A stretch of DNA of 64,000 nt, taken from contig JBFMAD010000003.1 of NCBI GenBank assembly GCA_040755855.1, positions 64,001-128,000 on the forward strand, read 5' to 3'. The stretch is from Planctomycetota bacterium (GTDB lineage: Bacteria; Planctomycetota; Brocadiia; JAADGH01). A program made the translations under genes and the position numbers. Shown here piece by piece: positions 19,320 through 27,261 of this stretch; within the stretch, counting starts at the first letter, position 1, and the number at the start of each line of letters is the position of its first letter. The notes under the pieces were generated by a model that was not told where the DNA came from, ran no database searches, and was given only the letters and a program-made list of their open reading frames with translations.

Positions 19320-19631
19320 TCAGTCGGCGCTTGGGGATTCAATGCGTTCCAGCGTGAAGACGACCGGCCGAAAGCCGTCGGTGCAGCAGGTGACGAAGCG
19401 TCCCTCTTTCACCCCCAGAAGGTTGCCGCCGCGGGCAAGGGTGAGGACGTATTTTTGGATGTCGGCCCATGCCCAACTGCAGAATCCCTCCGGCATGTTT
19501 GCGCCTTCCGATACGAATTCCTGTCCGTCACTCAGCCGGTTGCACGGCTTCCACTCATGCGTGCAATGCTCGTCTGCCAGGTCTTTGTGGAACAGGCGCT
19601 TCACCACCGTGATTCTGATTTTCGCGTTCAT
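19320..19631 (-). CDS. TIGR04076-family small Cys-rich protein
   Basis: MPEGFCSWAW and CCTDGFRPVVFTLERI motifs. Confidence 0.85.
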   Translation of the reverse strand: MNAKIRITVVKRLFHKDLADEHCTHEWKPCNRLSDGQEFVSEGANMPEGFCSWAWADIQKYVLTLARGGNLLGVKEGRFVTCCTDGFRPVVFTLERIESPSAD

Positions 19632-19662
19632 GCGACCTCCTTCTTTGCCCTCTCGTCATGCC

Positions 19663-20364
19663 TCAAGTAAACACGATGGCCGCACCGTTTGCGATGGAGA
19701 CGCGGCACGCCTCCATCAGGCAAACGCACGCAAGCGATTCCAATGCATACTGCAGCCATCGAGGAGCGCTTTGATCGTTATGGGGATGCTCGACCGCCTG
19801 CCAGAGATCCTCCGAGTCGGGGGCGAGGTCGTGCGGGACATCGAGCAGGTCGGCCAGCTCCGCACACTCTTCCAGCAAGACGGGGCTCGACCCCAGTCTC
19901 CCGCCTTCGATATCCAAAGCGGGATCGGAACGGATGACCTCCGCGAACTTCACCGGCAGGTAGTATCCCTCACCGTCGCTGTGGACCATGAGATGCTGGA
20001 ACCGCAACTTGCCGCGGCTCGTCCCGAAGATGAGGCGCCGGAGCCGGACGAGGGGCGTCGTCTCGATCTCGCGGTAGTAATCGACCACGACCGGATCGCG
20101 AGACCCATCGTCATGGCTTGGCGCCGGAATGCCATAGGCGAGCGCCTCGTACGCGGCGATTCGCCTCAGGCAGTGCAACGCCGCGCGGGGCAAATCGCAC
20201 CCCCACACGCCGGCCGGATTACCCTCCGGTTCACGATGGAGGGGCAGACCTGCGGCAGTCAGGGCGTGATTGATGGCCTCAAACTGGCCGCGGTAGTATT
20301 CGTATCCTTCGTTGTCGTTTGATTTGAGATCGGCCAGGATGCCGACCTCGAGTGCCAGTCCCAT
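19663..20364 (-). CDS. Hypothetical protein
   Basis: Long ORF with GGAAGG SD; HLMVHSDGEGYYLPV and LGSS segments look like a conserved protein; no family assigned. Confidence 0.65.
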   Translation of the reverse strand: MGLALEVGILADLKSNDNEGYEYYRGQFEAINHALTAAGLPLHREPEGNPAGVWGCDLPRAALHCLRRIAAYEALAYGIPAPSHDDGSRDPVVVDYYREIETTPLVRLRRLIFGTSRGKLRFQHLMVHSDGEGYYLPVKFAEVIRSDPALDIEGGRLGSSPVLLEECAELADLLDVPHDLAPDSEDLWQAVEHPHNDQSAPRWLQYALESLACVCLMEACRVSIANGAAIVFT

Positions 20365-20391
20365 CAGTCGACTGCCTTCCATCTGCCTCGA

Positions 20392-20445
20392 TCTGAACTC
20401 TGGCGAGTTCAGCTACTCCCGTAGCGGAAGTCGCCAGACTTCCGA
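20392..20445. repeat. Inverted pair of GTAG-type REP palindromes
   Basis: Minus-strand GTAGCTGAACTCGCCAGAGTTCAGA (20392-20416) followed by plus-strand GTAGCGGAAGTCGCCAGACTTCCGA (20421-20445); the first is identical to 62531-62555. Confidence 0.85.
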
Positions 20446-20791
20446 CGAGGCCTGCTTTGGGGCCATGATAGCACACATGCGTAGGCGGGAGCAAAGGGGA
20501 ATGAAAAAGACCAAAGGCGTCGGCGGCACCGTCGAGCGCTCTGCGGCCGCGCGCGTGGGGGAATAGCGCTGTCTCCCGGCGACGCCCTTGGTGATAAGGC
20601 ATCCGTGCTGACTGCCTGTCGCCACACCAGGGGTCGCATATTGTGCGACATAGCGTCTTTCTTGTCAACAGAAAAATTTTCTTGTGAATTCATTGCTCCG
20701 ATGAAATTCCCTATTGTTCCCTGCTAAATCTTCGACTATAATCATGCCCGCACAATCAACAATAGCCAGCAAGCTGCAAGGAGGAATTCGC

Positions 20792-21526
20792 ATGGCGCGA
20801 GTGCTTTGCGTGACGCTGATCGCTGCTGCCTGTCTTTGCACGCCCGCCGTCGGCCAAAAGGAGGCCAACATGAGCGATAAACTCCTGTTCTACGAGGATT
20901 TTTCCCAAAAGATGGACAACTGGTGGGCCGAGGGGGGGGAGAAGGTCTGGATCCAGGACGGGCGACTGCACATGAAGGCCGATGGTCCGCAGGAGACTCA
21001 TCCCCAAGGCGGACACGTCTGCACGGTCTGGTGCAAAAAACAATTCCCCGGCGACATCACGGTCGAGTTCGACGCGCACGTGATCGAGTCGCGCATTGAC
21101 GCGAACAACATCAATTTCTTTATGTGTTATTCCGATCCATCCGGAAAGTCGTTGTATGATACCCGCGAGAGTCGCGCGGATGCCGCCTATAAGAAGTACC
21201 ACGACCTCACCGGATACATCTTCACATTTCTGAACGATTCCAAAAAGGAAGGCAGCGCGTATCCCGACGGCTCCACGAAGGCCCGCTTCCGCATGAGGCG
21301 GTGTCCCGGCTTCAATCTCATGACGGAGGCCTTCGGCTACCACTGCAAGAAGGGTCAGACCTATCACATCACGATTACGAAAAAAGGCGGGGACATCACA
21401 TTCGCCGTGGACGGCAAGGTGTATATGAGGGGACGCGACGACAATCCATTGACGGGCGGCCTCATCGGACTACGCACCTACCAGACGTATCTCTGGTGGG
21501 ACAATATCAAGGTCACACAGGAATAG
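20792..21526 (+). CDS. Secreted concanavalin-like beta-sandwich protein (DUF1961/DUF6250, YesU-like)
   Basis: Signal peptide; LLFYEDFS, WWAEGG, RFRMRRCPG, GGLIGLRT..WWDNIKV; AGGAGG SD. Confidence 0.7.
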   Translation: MARVLCVTLIAAACLCTPAVGQKEANMSDKLLFYEDFSQKMDNWWAEGGEKVWIQDGRLHMKADGPQETHPQGGHVCTVWCKKQFPGDITVEFDAHVIESRIDANNINFFMCYSDPSGKSLYDTRESRADAAYKKYHDLTGYIFTFLNDSKKEGSAYPDGSTKARFRMRRCPGFNLMTEAFGYHCKKGQTYHITITKKGGDITFAVDGKVYMRGRDDNPLTGGLIGLRTYQTYLWWDNIKVTQE

Positions 21527-21543
21527 ACAAAGGAGTGCATGAC

Positions 21544-21909
21544 ATGATTATCAAGAACATGATGGACGGCGAGAAATTCGACATGGGCCTCGGCGACACG
21601 CGCCGCGTGATCGGCCCATTCAACGGGGCGAAGAACATCACATTCAATTACGCAAAATTCGACCCCGGCGTCGCCTTCACCCAGCACGTGCACGACAAAT
21701 CTGAGGACCTCATCCTCGTCCTCGACGGCGACGGGGTCATCAAGTTGGACGACAAGGAGTTCCCCATCAAGAAATGGGATGTGATCCATGTCTCGGCCGG
21801 TGAGTTTCACGGCACGGTCGCCGGCCCCAACGGTCTCACCTGCGTCTCGTGCCAGGCCCCGCCGGACAAGAAGCTCTATACGGGCGAGAGAAACAAGCCG
21901 AGAAAGTAG
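21544..21909 (+). CDS. Cupin-domain protein
   Basis: HVHDKSED and HVSAGEFHG cupin motifs. Confidence 0.85.
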   Translation: MIIKNMMDGEKFDMGLGDTRRVIGPFNGAKNITFNYAKFDPGVAFTQHVHDKSEDLILVLDGDGVIKLDDKEFPIKKWDVIHVSAGEFHGTVAGPNGLTCVSCQAPPDKKLYTGERNKPRK

Positions 21910-21985
21910 CGGCGCAGTATCAGGGCCGATCTATTGTCTCCGACCATCGCCTCTCGCGCTGTCGCATTGCACAAAGGAGGGCTAA

Positions 21986-23065
21986 ATGAACGGACCATTG
22001 GCTGACCTGCCGAGGTTGAGAAACGTAAGGTCTCGTAGATTCTCAAGTTACGACACCACCGGCGGCAACGCCGACAACTGGATCTTCGAGCCGGGCCAGA
22101 CGCGAACCATTGCCGAGATGAAAGGCCCCGGTTGCGTTCGGCATATCTGGGTGACCATCGCCGGGCAGGAGGATTTCCATCTGCGCAAACTTGTCCTCCG
22201 CATGTATTGGGATGGTGAGAAGAATCCAAGCGTCGAGTCGCCCATCGGCGATTTCTTCGGCCTGGGTCATGGCACGGTCACATACTTCCAGTCCGCGCCG
22301 CTCCAGATGTTCGACCGCGCATTCAACTGCTGGTTCCCCATGCCCTATTCCGACGGTGCGCGGATTGACATCACCAATGATGGCGCGAAAAATGCCATTG
22401 TTTATTTTTACGTGGACTATCAGGAATACGATGGACCACAGGAGGACATGGGCCGCTTCCACGCGCATTGGCGTCGGCAGCTCGTCGAGCAGAAAGAGGA
22501 GGCCATCGGTCCCGACGCCCGCGGCCGCGACTCTCGCCTCAACACCACGGGCAAGGACAACTATCTCATCCTCGACGCGAAGGGCAAGGGGCACTACGTC
22601 GGCTGCCACATTGACCTGGATACCAACGAGCCGGGCTGGTGGGGAGAGGGCGACGATATGATCTTTGTGGACGGCGAGAAATGGCCGCCGAACCTCCACG
22701 GCACGGGCATGGAGGACTACTTCGCCGGCGCGTGGAACTACAACAGGCTCCATCAAACCTTTTGCACGCCGTACTACGGCTATCACTTCAAGGGCAACGA
22801 GGACTACACGGGCAAGCACTCGCAGTACCGCTACCACATCGAGGACCCGGTCTATTTCCAGAAGTCAATCCGCGTCACCATCGAGCACGGCCATGCCAAC
22901 GACCGCAGCGGCGACTGGACGAGCGTGGCCTACTGGTATCAGGCCGAGCCGCACAAGTCGTTCCCGAAGCTGCCCGACGTTGAGGGCCGCATCCCCTACA
23001 AGTACGGCGGGCGGGAAGACATGCGCGCGGGGAAGGATCGCCGAGAACTTCCCGTGAAACATTAG
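21986..23065 (+). CDS. DUF2961 / GH172-like glycoside hydrolase
   Basis: SSYDTTGGNAD, GPGCVRHIW, WWGEGDD, GTGMEDYF, EHGHAN, SVAYWYQ. Confidence 0.9.
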   Translation: MNGPLADLPRLRNVRSRRFSSYDTTGGNADNWIFEPGQTRTIAEMKGPGCVRHIWVTIAGQEDFHLRKLVLRMYWDGEKNPSVESPIGDFFGLGHGTVTYFQSAPLQMFDRAFNCWFPMPYSDGARIDITNDGAKNAIVYFYVDYQEYDGPQEDMGRFHAHWRRQLVEQKEEAIGPDARGRDSRLNTTGKDNYLILDAKGKGHYVGCHIDLDTNEPGWWGEGDDMIFVDGEKWPPNLHGTGMEDYFAGAWNYNRLHQTFCTPYYGYHFKGNEDYTGKHSQYRYHIEDPVYFQKSIRVTIEHGHANDRSGDWTSVAYWYQAEPHKSFPKLPDVEGRIPYKYGGREDMRAGKDRRELPVKH

Positions 23066-23276
23066 AACCCTATGCCGTAATATGATGCCATTTTGCGTAC
23101 ACGTTTTTAGGACAAAATTCACATTGGACACATAATACCACACTTCCTGTCTTCAGGAAGTGTGGTATACGTAGAAAGGAATTGTGCGAAGCGATATAGC
23201 CCCGCATCTGCGGGATAACTTCCGTCCTCGCGGGAAAAAATATGTCCAATGTGAATTTTGTCCTCGGGTTGCAGGC
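23059..23276. mobile_element. 218-bp nested-hairpin repeat element (MITE or structured-RNA-like), copy 1
   Basis: Gap-free match to 57321-57538; 22-bp inverted repeat 23109-23130/23243-23264; inner 15-bp hairpin 23135-23168. Confidence 0.8.
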
Positions 23277-23330
23277 GTAGCCCGCACTGATTTTGCCTAC
23301 AAAAGGGCTTATAACATTTTGAAGTATAAC

Positions 23331-24827
23331 ATGTTACGCCAAGACGCACGCGCCATTTGGGACGCCGCCGTCGCCGCGGTGAATCCGGACAAGCTCATCA
23401 AGGATGCCGTCCGCGTTGACGGAGATACCTTGGTGATCGGTCCGCGAAGATTCGCAATTGCGAAACTTAGGCGCATCGCCGTCGTCGGCTGCGGGAAGGC
23501 GGGGTCCGTCATGGCCCGCGCCATTGAGGACGCACTCGGCCCCGAGTTGATGGAGGCGAAGCAACTCGTGGGGTGGGTAAACGTGCCCGACGACCGTACG
23601 GGAAAACTCTCGCGCATCACCCTACACGGCAGCCGGCCGCCCGGCCACAACAGCCCCACAGACGCCGGAGTCCGGGGCACGGAGGAAATGCTGAATATTT
23701 TGAACGCGCTCTGCCCCACCGACCTTGCCATCTGCCTCATCAGCGGCGGCGGGTCGGCGCTCATGCCCGCGCCCGTCGCTCCAATTTCCCTTGAAGACAA
23801 GCAGGCCGTAACTGATCTATTGAGCAAGAACGGCGCGACGATCAACGAACTGAACGCCGTGCGCAAGCACCTGTCCAAGGTCAAGGGCGGACGCCTTGCC
23901 GCGGCAAGCTGCGCGGGCGAGACGATCAGCCTCATTATCAGCGATGTGGTCGGCAATCCGCTCGACGCCATCGCATCCGGTCCGACCGCGCCGGACCCGA
24001 CGACCTTCGCCGATGCCCTGGCGGTCTTCGACCGCCTCGGAGTGAGGGAGCAGGTTCCTGCGAGTGTCGTCAAGCATCTTGAGCGCGGCGCGGCCGGCGA
24101 GTTCCCGGAGACGATGAAGACCCTGCCCGACTCGGTGACAAACGTCATCATCGGCGACAATCGCATCGCCCTCCGAGCCGGGGAGGAAAAGGCGAGGGAG
24201 TTGGGGTACAACGTGCTGAACCTGGGCAGCCACATCGAGGGCGAGACGAAAGACGTCGGCATTGTCCATGCGTCACTCGCACTGAGCATCCGGAAGGACG
24301 CCACCCCCCTATCGCCCCCCGCCTGCATCCTCTCGGGCGGCGAGACGACGGTGTCGCACGTCGCCACTGGCGGCAAGGGGGGGCGGAATCAGGAGTTCGT
24401 CCTGGCCGCCCTAAGCCACATCCACAAAACTACCGTCTGTGGGGTTGTTGAAAAAGCCTATTCCTGTAGCCGCAGGCTTCAGCCTGCGGGGCCGTTGATG
24501 GGCCAAACCGCACCCATAAAGGGTGCGGCTACAGTTGACGATGGCCTTGCGGGGGTTTTTCAACAACCCCTCTGTCCCCATTTATGCCATTTATGTATCC
24601 TCTCCGGCGGGACGGACGGCGAAGACGGGCCGACCGACGCGGCCGGGGCGTTTGCCGATGAAGCGGTGCTCCATGAGATGCTTGAGAAGCGGCTTGCCCC
24701 GCAGGACTATCTCGCCTCCAGCCGGTCCTACGACTTCTTCGACCGACTCAACGCCCTCATCAAAACCGGCCTGACGCACACGAATGTGATGGATGTGCGG
24801 GTGGTGCTGGTTTGTGGGAAGAGCTAA
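23331..24827 (+). CDS. Glycerate kinase type 2 (DUF4147/MOFRL) carrying an in-frame MITE insertion
   Basis: GCGKAG, LISGGGSAL, IASGPT, SGGETTV, GGRNQE, GTDGEDGP, TGLTHTNVMD. Confidence 0.92.
   Translation: MLRQDARAIWDAAVAAVNPDKLIKDAVRVDGDTLVIGPRRFAIAKLRRIAVVGCGKAGSVMARAIEDALGPELMEAKQLVGWVNVPDDRTGKLSRITLHGSRPPGHNSPTDAGVRGTEEMLNILNALCPTDLAICLISGGGSALMPAPVAPISLEDKQAVTDLLSKNGATINELNAVRKHLSKVKGGRLAAASCAGETISLIISDVVGNPLDAIASGPTAPDPTTFADALAVFDRLGVREQVPASVVKHLERGAAGEFPETMKTLPDSVTNVIIGDNRIALRAGEEKARELGYNVLNLGSHIEGETKDVGIVHASLALSIRKDATPLSPPACILSGGETTVSHVATGGKGGRNQEFVLAALSHIHKTTVCGVVEKAYSCSRRLQPAGPLMGQTAPIKGAATVDDGLAGVFQQPLCPHLCHLCILSGGTDGEDGPTDAAGAFADEAVLHEMLEKRLAPQDYLASSRSYDFFDRLNALIKTGLTHTNVMDVRVVLVCGKS
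24441..24570. mobile_element. 130-bp MITE with 15-bp TIRs and 5-bp TSD
   Basis: GGGGTTGTTGAAAAA ... TTTTTCAACAACCCC, flanked by TCTGT direct repeats (24436-24440, 24571-24575); internal GTAG-REP pair. Confidence 0.9.
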
Positions 24828-24874
24828 GCCTTCACCCACGGGATAGGGCACATCTGAACTTCCTCATATCCGTT

Positions 24875-25567
24875 TTACGGCGCGTCCTTGTTCCCCGGCT
24901 TCGCACCATGTTCGCGGAGGAGGTCGGCAATGTCCGCGGACTTGCGTTTCTCCACAGCCAAGTCCAAGGGCGTTCGCCCCTGGTCGTCCACACAGTTGAC
25001 CTCCGCCCCCTTCTGGATCAACAACCGAACCATCCCTTCGCGTTGCTGCATCACCGCTACGTGCAACGGGGTGCGTCCCGTCCTGTCTCGCCCATTTAGG
25101 TCCGCCCCAGCAGCGATCAATAGGTCGGCCACATCGTCGTTGCCGTCACTGGCGGCATAGTGAAGGGGCGTCTGCCCAAGGCCGTCGGTAGTTTTCACAT
25201 CCGCTCCCCTGTCGAGCAGAACTCGAATCATGCTTGTTCTGCCGCGGCTGGCCATATGGAGAGGAAAACCGGCGTTCACATCGGCGCCTTTTGAGACGAG
25301 GAACGCAACCGCATCCTCATCGGCTCCGAACGCTATCCAGTCCAGAGCCGTCAGCCCATCGTCGCCTTTGCTGTTGATTTCCGCCCCCCTCGTCAGGAGG
25401 GCATTCACTGCCTCAACGTCGTACTCCACGGCGGCATCCAGCAGCGCCTTGTTCAGGTCATCCACGTTGTAGGCATCCCGAAAGGTGCTGAACCTTCCGC
25501 TTGCCACATCGTAGATGAGAATGGCGACGGGAATCAGGATTAGGGCCGTTCGGATGACTCGTTTCAT
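24875..25567 (-). CDS. Ankyrin-repeat protein with N-terminal signal or anchor
   Basis: Repeated G.TPLH.A...LL..GADVN units. Confidence 0.9.
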   Translation of the reverse strand: MKRVIRTALILIPVAILIYDVASGRFSTFRDAYNVDDLNKALLDAAVEYDVEAVNALLTRGAEINSKGDDGLTALDWIAFGADEDAVAFLVSKGADVNAGFPLHMASRGRTSMIRVLLDRGADVKTTDGLGQTPLHYAASDGNDDVADLLIAAGADLNGRDRTGRTPLHVAVMQQREGMVRLLIQKGAEVNCVDDQGRTPLDLAVEKRKSADIADLLREHGAKPGNKDAP

Positions 25568-25606
25568 CTCCGCGTTCGCCTGTTGATCGGCGCGCCTCCC
25601 CTTCCG

Positions 25607-25639
25607 AAGACACGCTCAAGCAAGCTTGAGCGTGGCACA
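25607..25639. repeat. REP-like palindrome, AAGACACGCTCAA family, copy 3
   Basis: AAGACACGCTCAAGCAAGCTTGAGCGTGGCACA. Confidence 0.85.
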
Positions 25640-25709
25640 AATGCATTGTTCCCCCGTTAGCCTATTGCCCCTCTTTGCGTTCTCTGCGTCTCGGCGGTGA
25701 GAAGATCGC

Positions 25710-27194
25710 CTATGGCCACTGCCCCGCCCGCTTGGCGGCCCAGGCGCGCATGTAGGCGATGGTGGCGGGCTTGTCGTATTCATGCCGCCAGAGCCACTCG
25801 GCGAGTTGGAGGCGCTTCTTGTCGGACATGCCGTCGAGCTTGAGCGGCTTGCCGTAGGACTTGCACCAGGCGGCGAGCTTGCGTTTCAGCGCCTGGGCCG
25901 TGGCGCGATTCCGGTTGATGAGATTGTCCTGCTCAACGGGGTCCTTGCGCATGTTGTAGAGTTCGTCGCGGCCGTCGCTGCCCCAGATGTATTTCCAGTC
26001 GCCCTCGATGGCGCACTTCAACTGCCGCATGTATGGGGCGAAGAGTTTGGGGTCCACCCCCCTGCCTGCGTTATCGGCGATGATCTTCGGCACGCCGTGC
26101 TCGGAGACGATGAGACGCTCCTCTTTCCGGTGCGGCGCTTCGGTCATCAGGTTCATGCCGGGGAGGTTGAGTTTCTCGCGGACGGGGTGCAGGCCGGCGA
26201 GGTCGAGGATCGTCGGAAATATGTCCAGCATCTGCGCGTTGTTTTCCACCACCATCCCTTCGGGGATGCGGCCCGGCCCCCATGCGATCATGGGGATGTG
26301 GATCAGCGTGTTATAGACGCACATCTGGTGGTCGAGCAGGTTGTGCTCGGCGTTTTCGTCGCCGTGGTCGGAGACGAGGAAGACGACGGTGTTGTCGAGC
26401 AGGCCGCGCTGCTCCATGCCCGTCAGCATCTCCTCGATCTCCCAGTCCACCTGCGCGGCGAGGGCGACGTAGAGCATGATGAACGTGTGCATGTCCTTCT
26501 TCTTCAGGATGCCGTTCCAGAGGTATTCGAAGCAATTGCCGCTGTTAATCTCATGGAGGTACTGCGGGACCCTTCCTTTCACGAATTTCTTTTGAAACTC
26601 CGGCTTGGGGCAGCGCTTCAGGTGCGGCGTGGCGTAGTTGACGAAGCAGAACCACGGCTTCTTCTCGCTGCGCTTCTCATCCATCCAATACAGGAGGTTC
26701 GTCGTGCTTGCGTGTCGGTTCGGCTCCTGGCCCGTCTTTTTCAGGATCGCCTGCGCGCCGGCGCCGATGTTCTCGATCCAGTAATCGAAGCCCCAGCAGA
26801 TGTTCGACTTCGAGCCGACCCAACTGTTGGCGCAGACGCCGACGGTGTCGTAACCGTTTTGAGACAAAGTGCTTGCGAGCGTGGGAAACTTGCCCGACCA
26901 CTTGCATTTCTCGAACATCAGGTGGTTCTCGATGTTGATCGCATCGTGGGTGATGCCGTTGTAGATGGATGGTTGGCCGCTGAAGAGCGCCGCGTGCGAC
27001 GGCGGCGTCCACGGCCCGCTGGTATAGGCGTTTGCGAATCTCGTCCCTTCCTCCGCGAGGCGGTCGAAGCGCGGGGTGGTGTTCTTGTATCGCCCGTAGC
27101 ACGACAGCAGGTCCGCCGTGGCCGTGTCGAGGAGGACGATCAAAAAATTCGGCGCAAGATGGGTTTCTGCCTTCTTCAGAGATTTCCTTACCAT
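25710..27194 (-). CDS. Sulfatase-like alkaline-phosphatase-superfamily hydrolase (WTPPSH variant)
   Basis: PNFLIVLLDT, WTPPSHAALFSG, VSDHGD, DELYN..DP.E. Confidence 0.85.
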   Translation of the reverse strand: MVRKSLKKAETHLAPNFLIVLLDTATADLLSCYGRYKNTTPRFDRLAEEGTRFANAYTSGPWTPPSHAALFSGQPSIYNGITHDAINIENHLMFEKCKWSGKFPTLASTLSQNGYDTVGVCANSWVGSKSNICWGFDYWIENIGAGAQAILKKTGQEPNRHASTTNLLYWMDEKRSEKKPWFCFVNYATPHLKRCPKPEFQKKFVKGRVPQYLHEINSGNCFEYLWNGILKKKDMHTFIMLYVALAAQVDWEIEEMLTGMEQRGLLDNTVVFLVSDHGDENAEHNLLDHQMCVYNTLIHIPMIAWGPGRIPEGMVVENNAQMLDIFPTILDLAGLHPVREKLNLPGMNLMTEAPHRKEERLIVSEHGVPKIIADNAGRGVDPKLFAPYMRQLKCAIEGDWKYIWGSDGRDELYNMRKDPVEQDNLINRNRATAQALKRKLAAWCKSYGKPLKLDGMSDKKRLQLAEWLWRHEYDKPATIAYMRAWAAKRAGQWP

Positions 27195-27261
27195 CCTGTT
27201 CTCCCTTCTGTGTCGAATTGTTCCATCACCATGTCCGTATCTCAATTCTCCCGCTCTGCTG

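Noticed and set aside
23119..23349. Similar small ORFs (KIHIGHIFSRE...GIMCPM) in both copies of the 218-bp element
   Set aside because: Differences between copies are largely non-synonymous and the starts differ; conservation follows base pairing, not codons.
6095..25639. Palindromic repeats as a possible CRISPR array
   Set aside because: Copies are dispersed kilobases apart with no regular spacers, and no cas genes are present.
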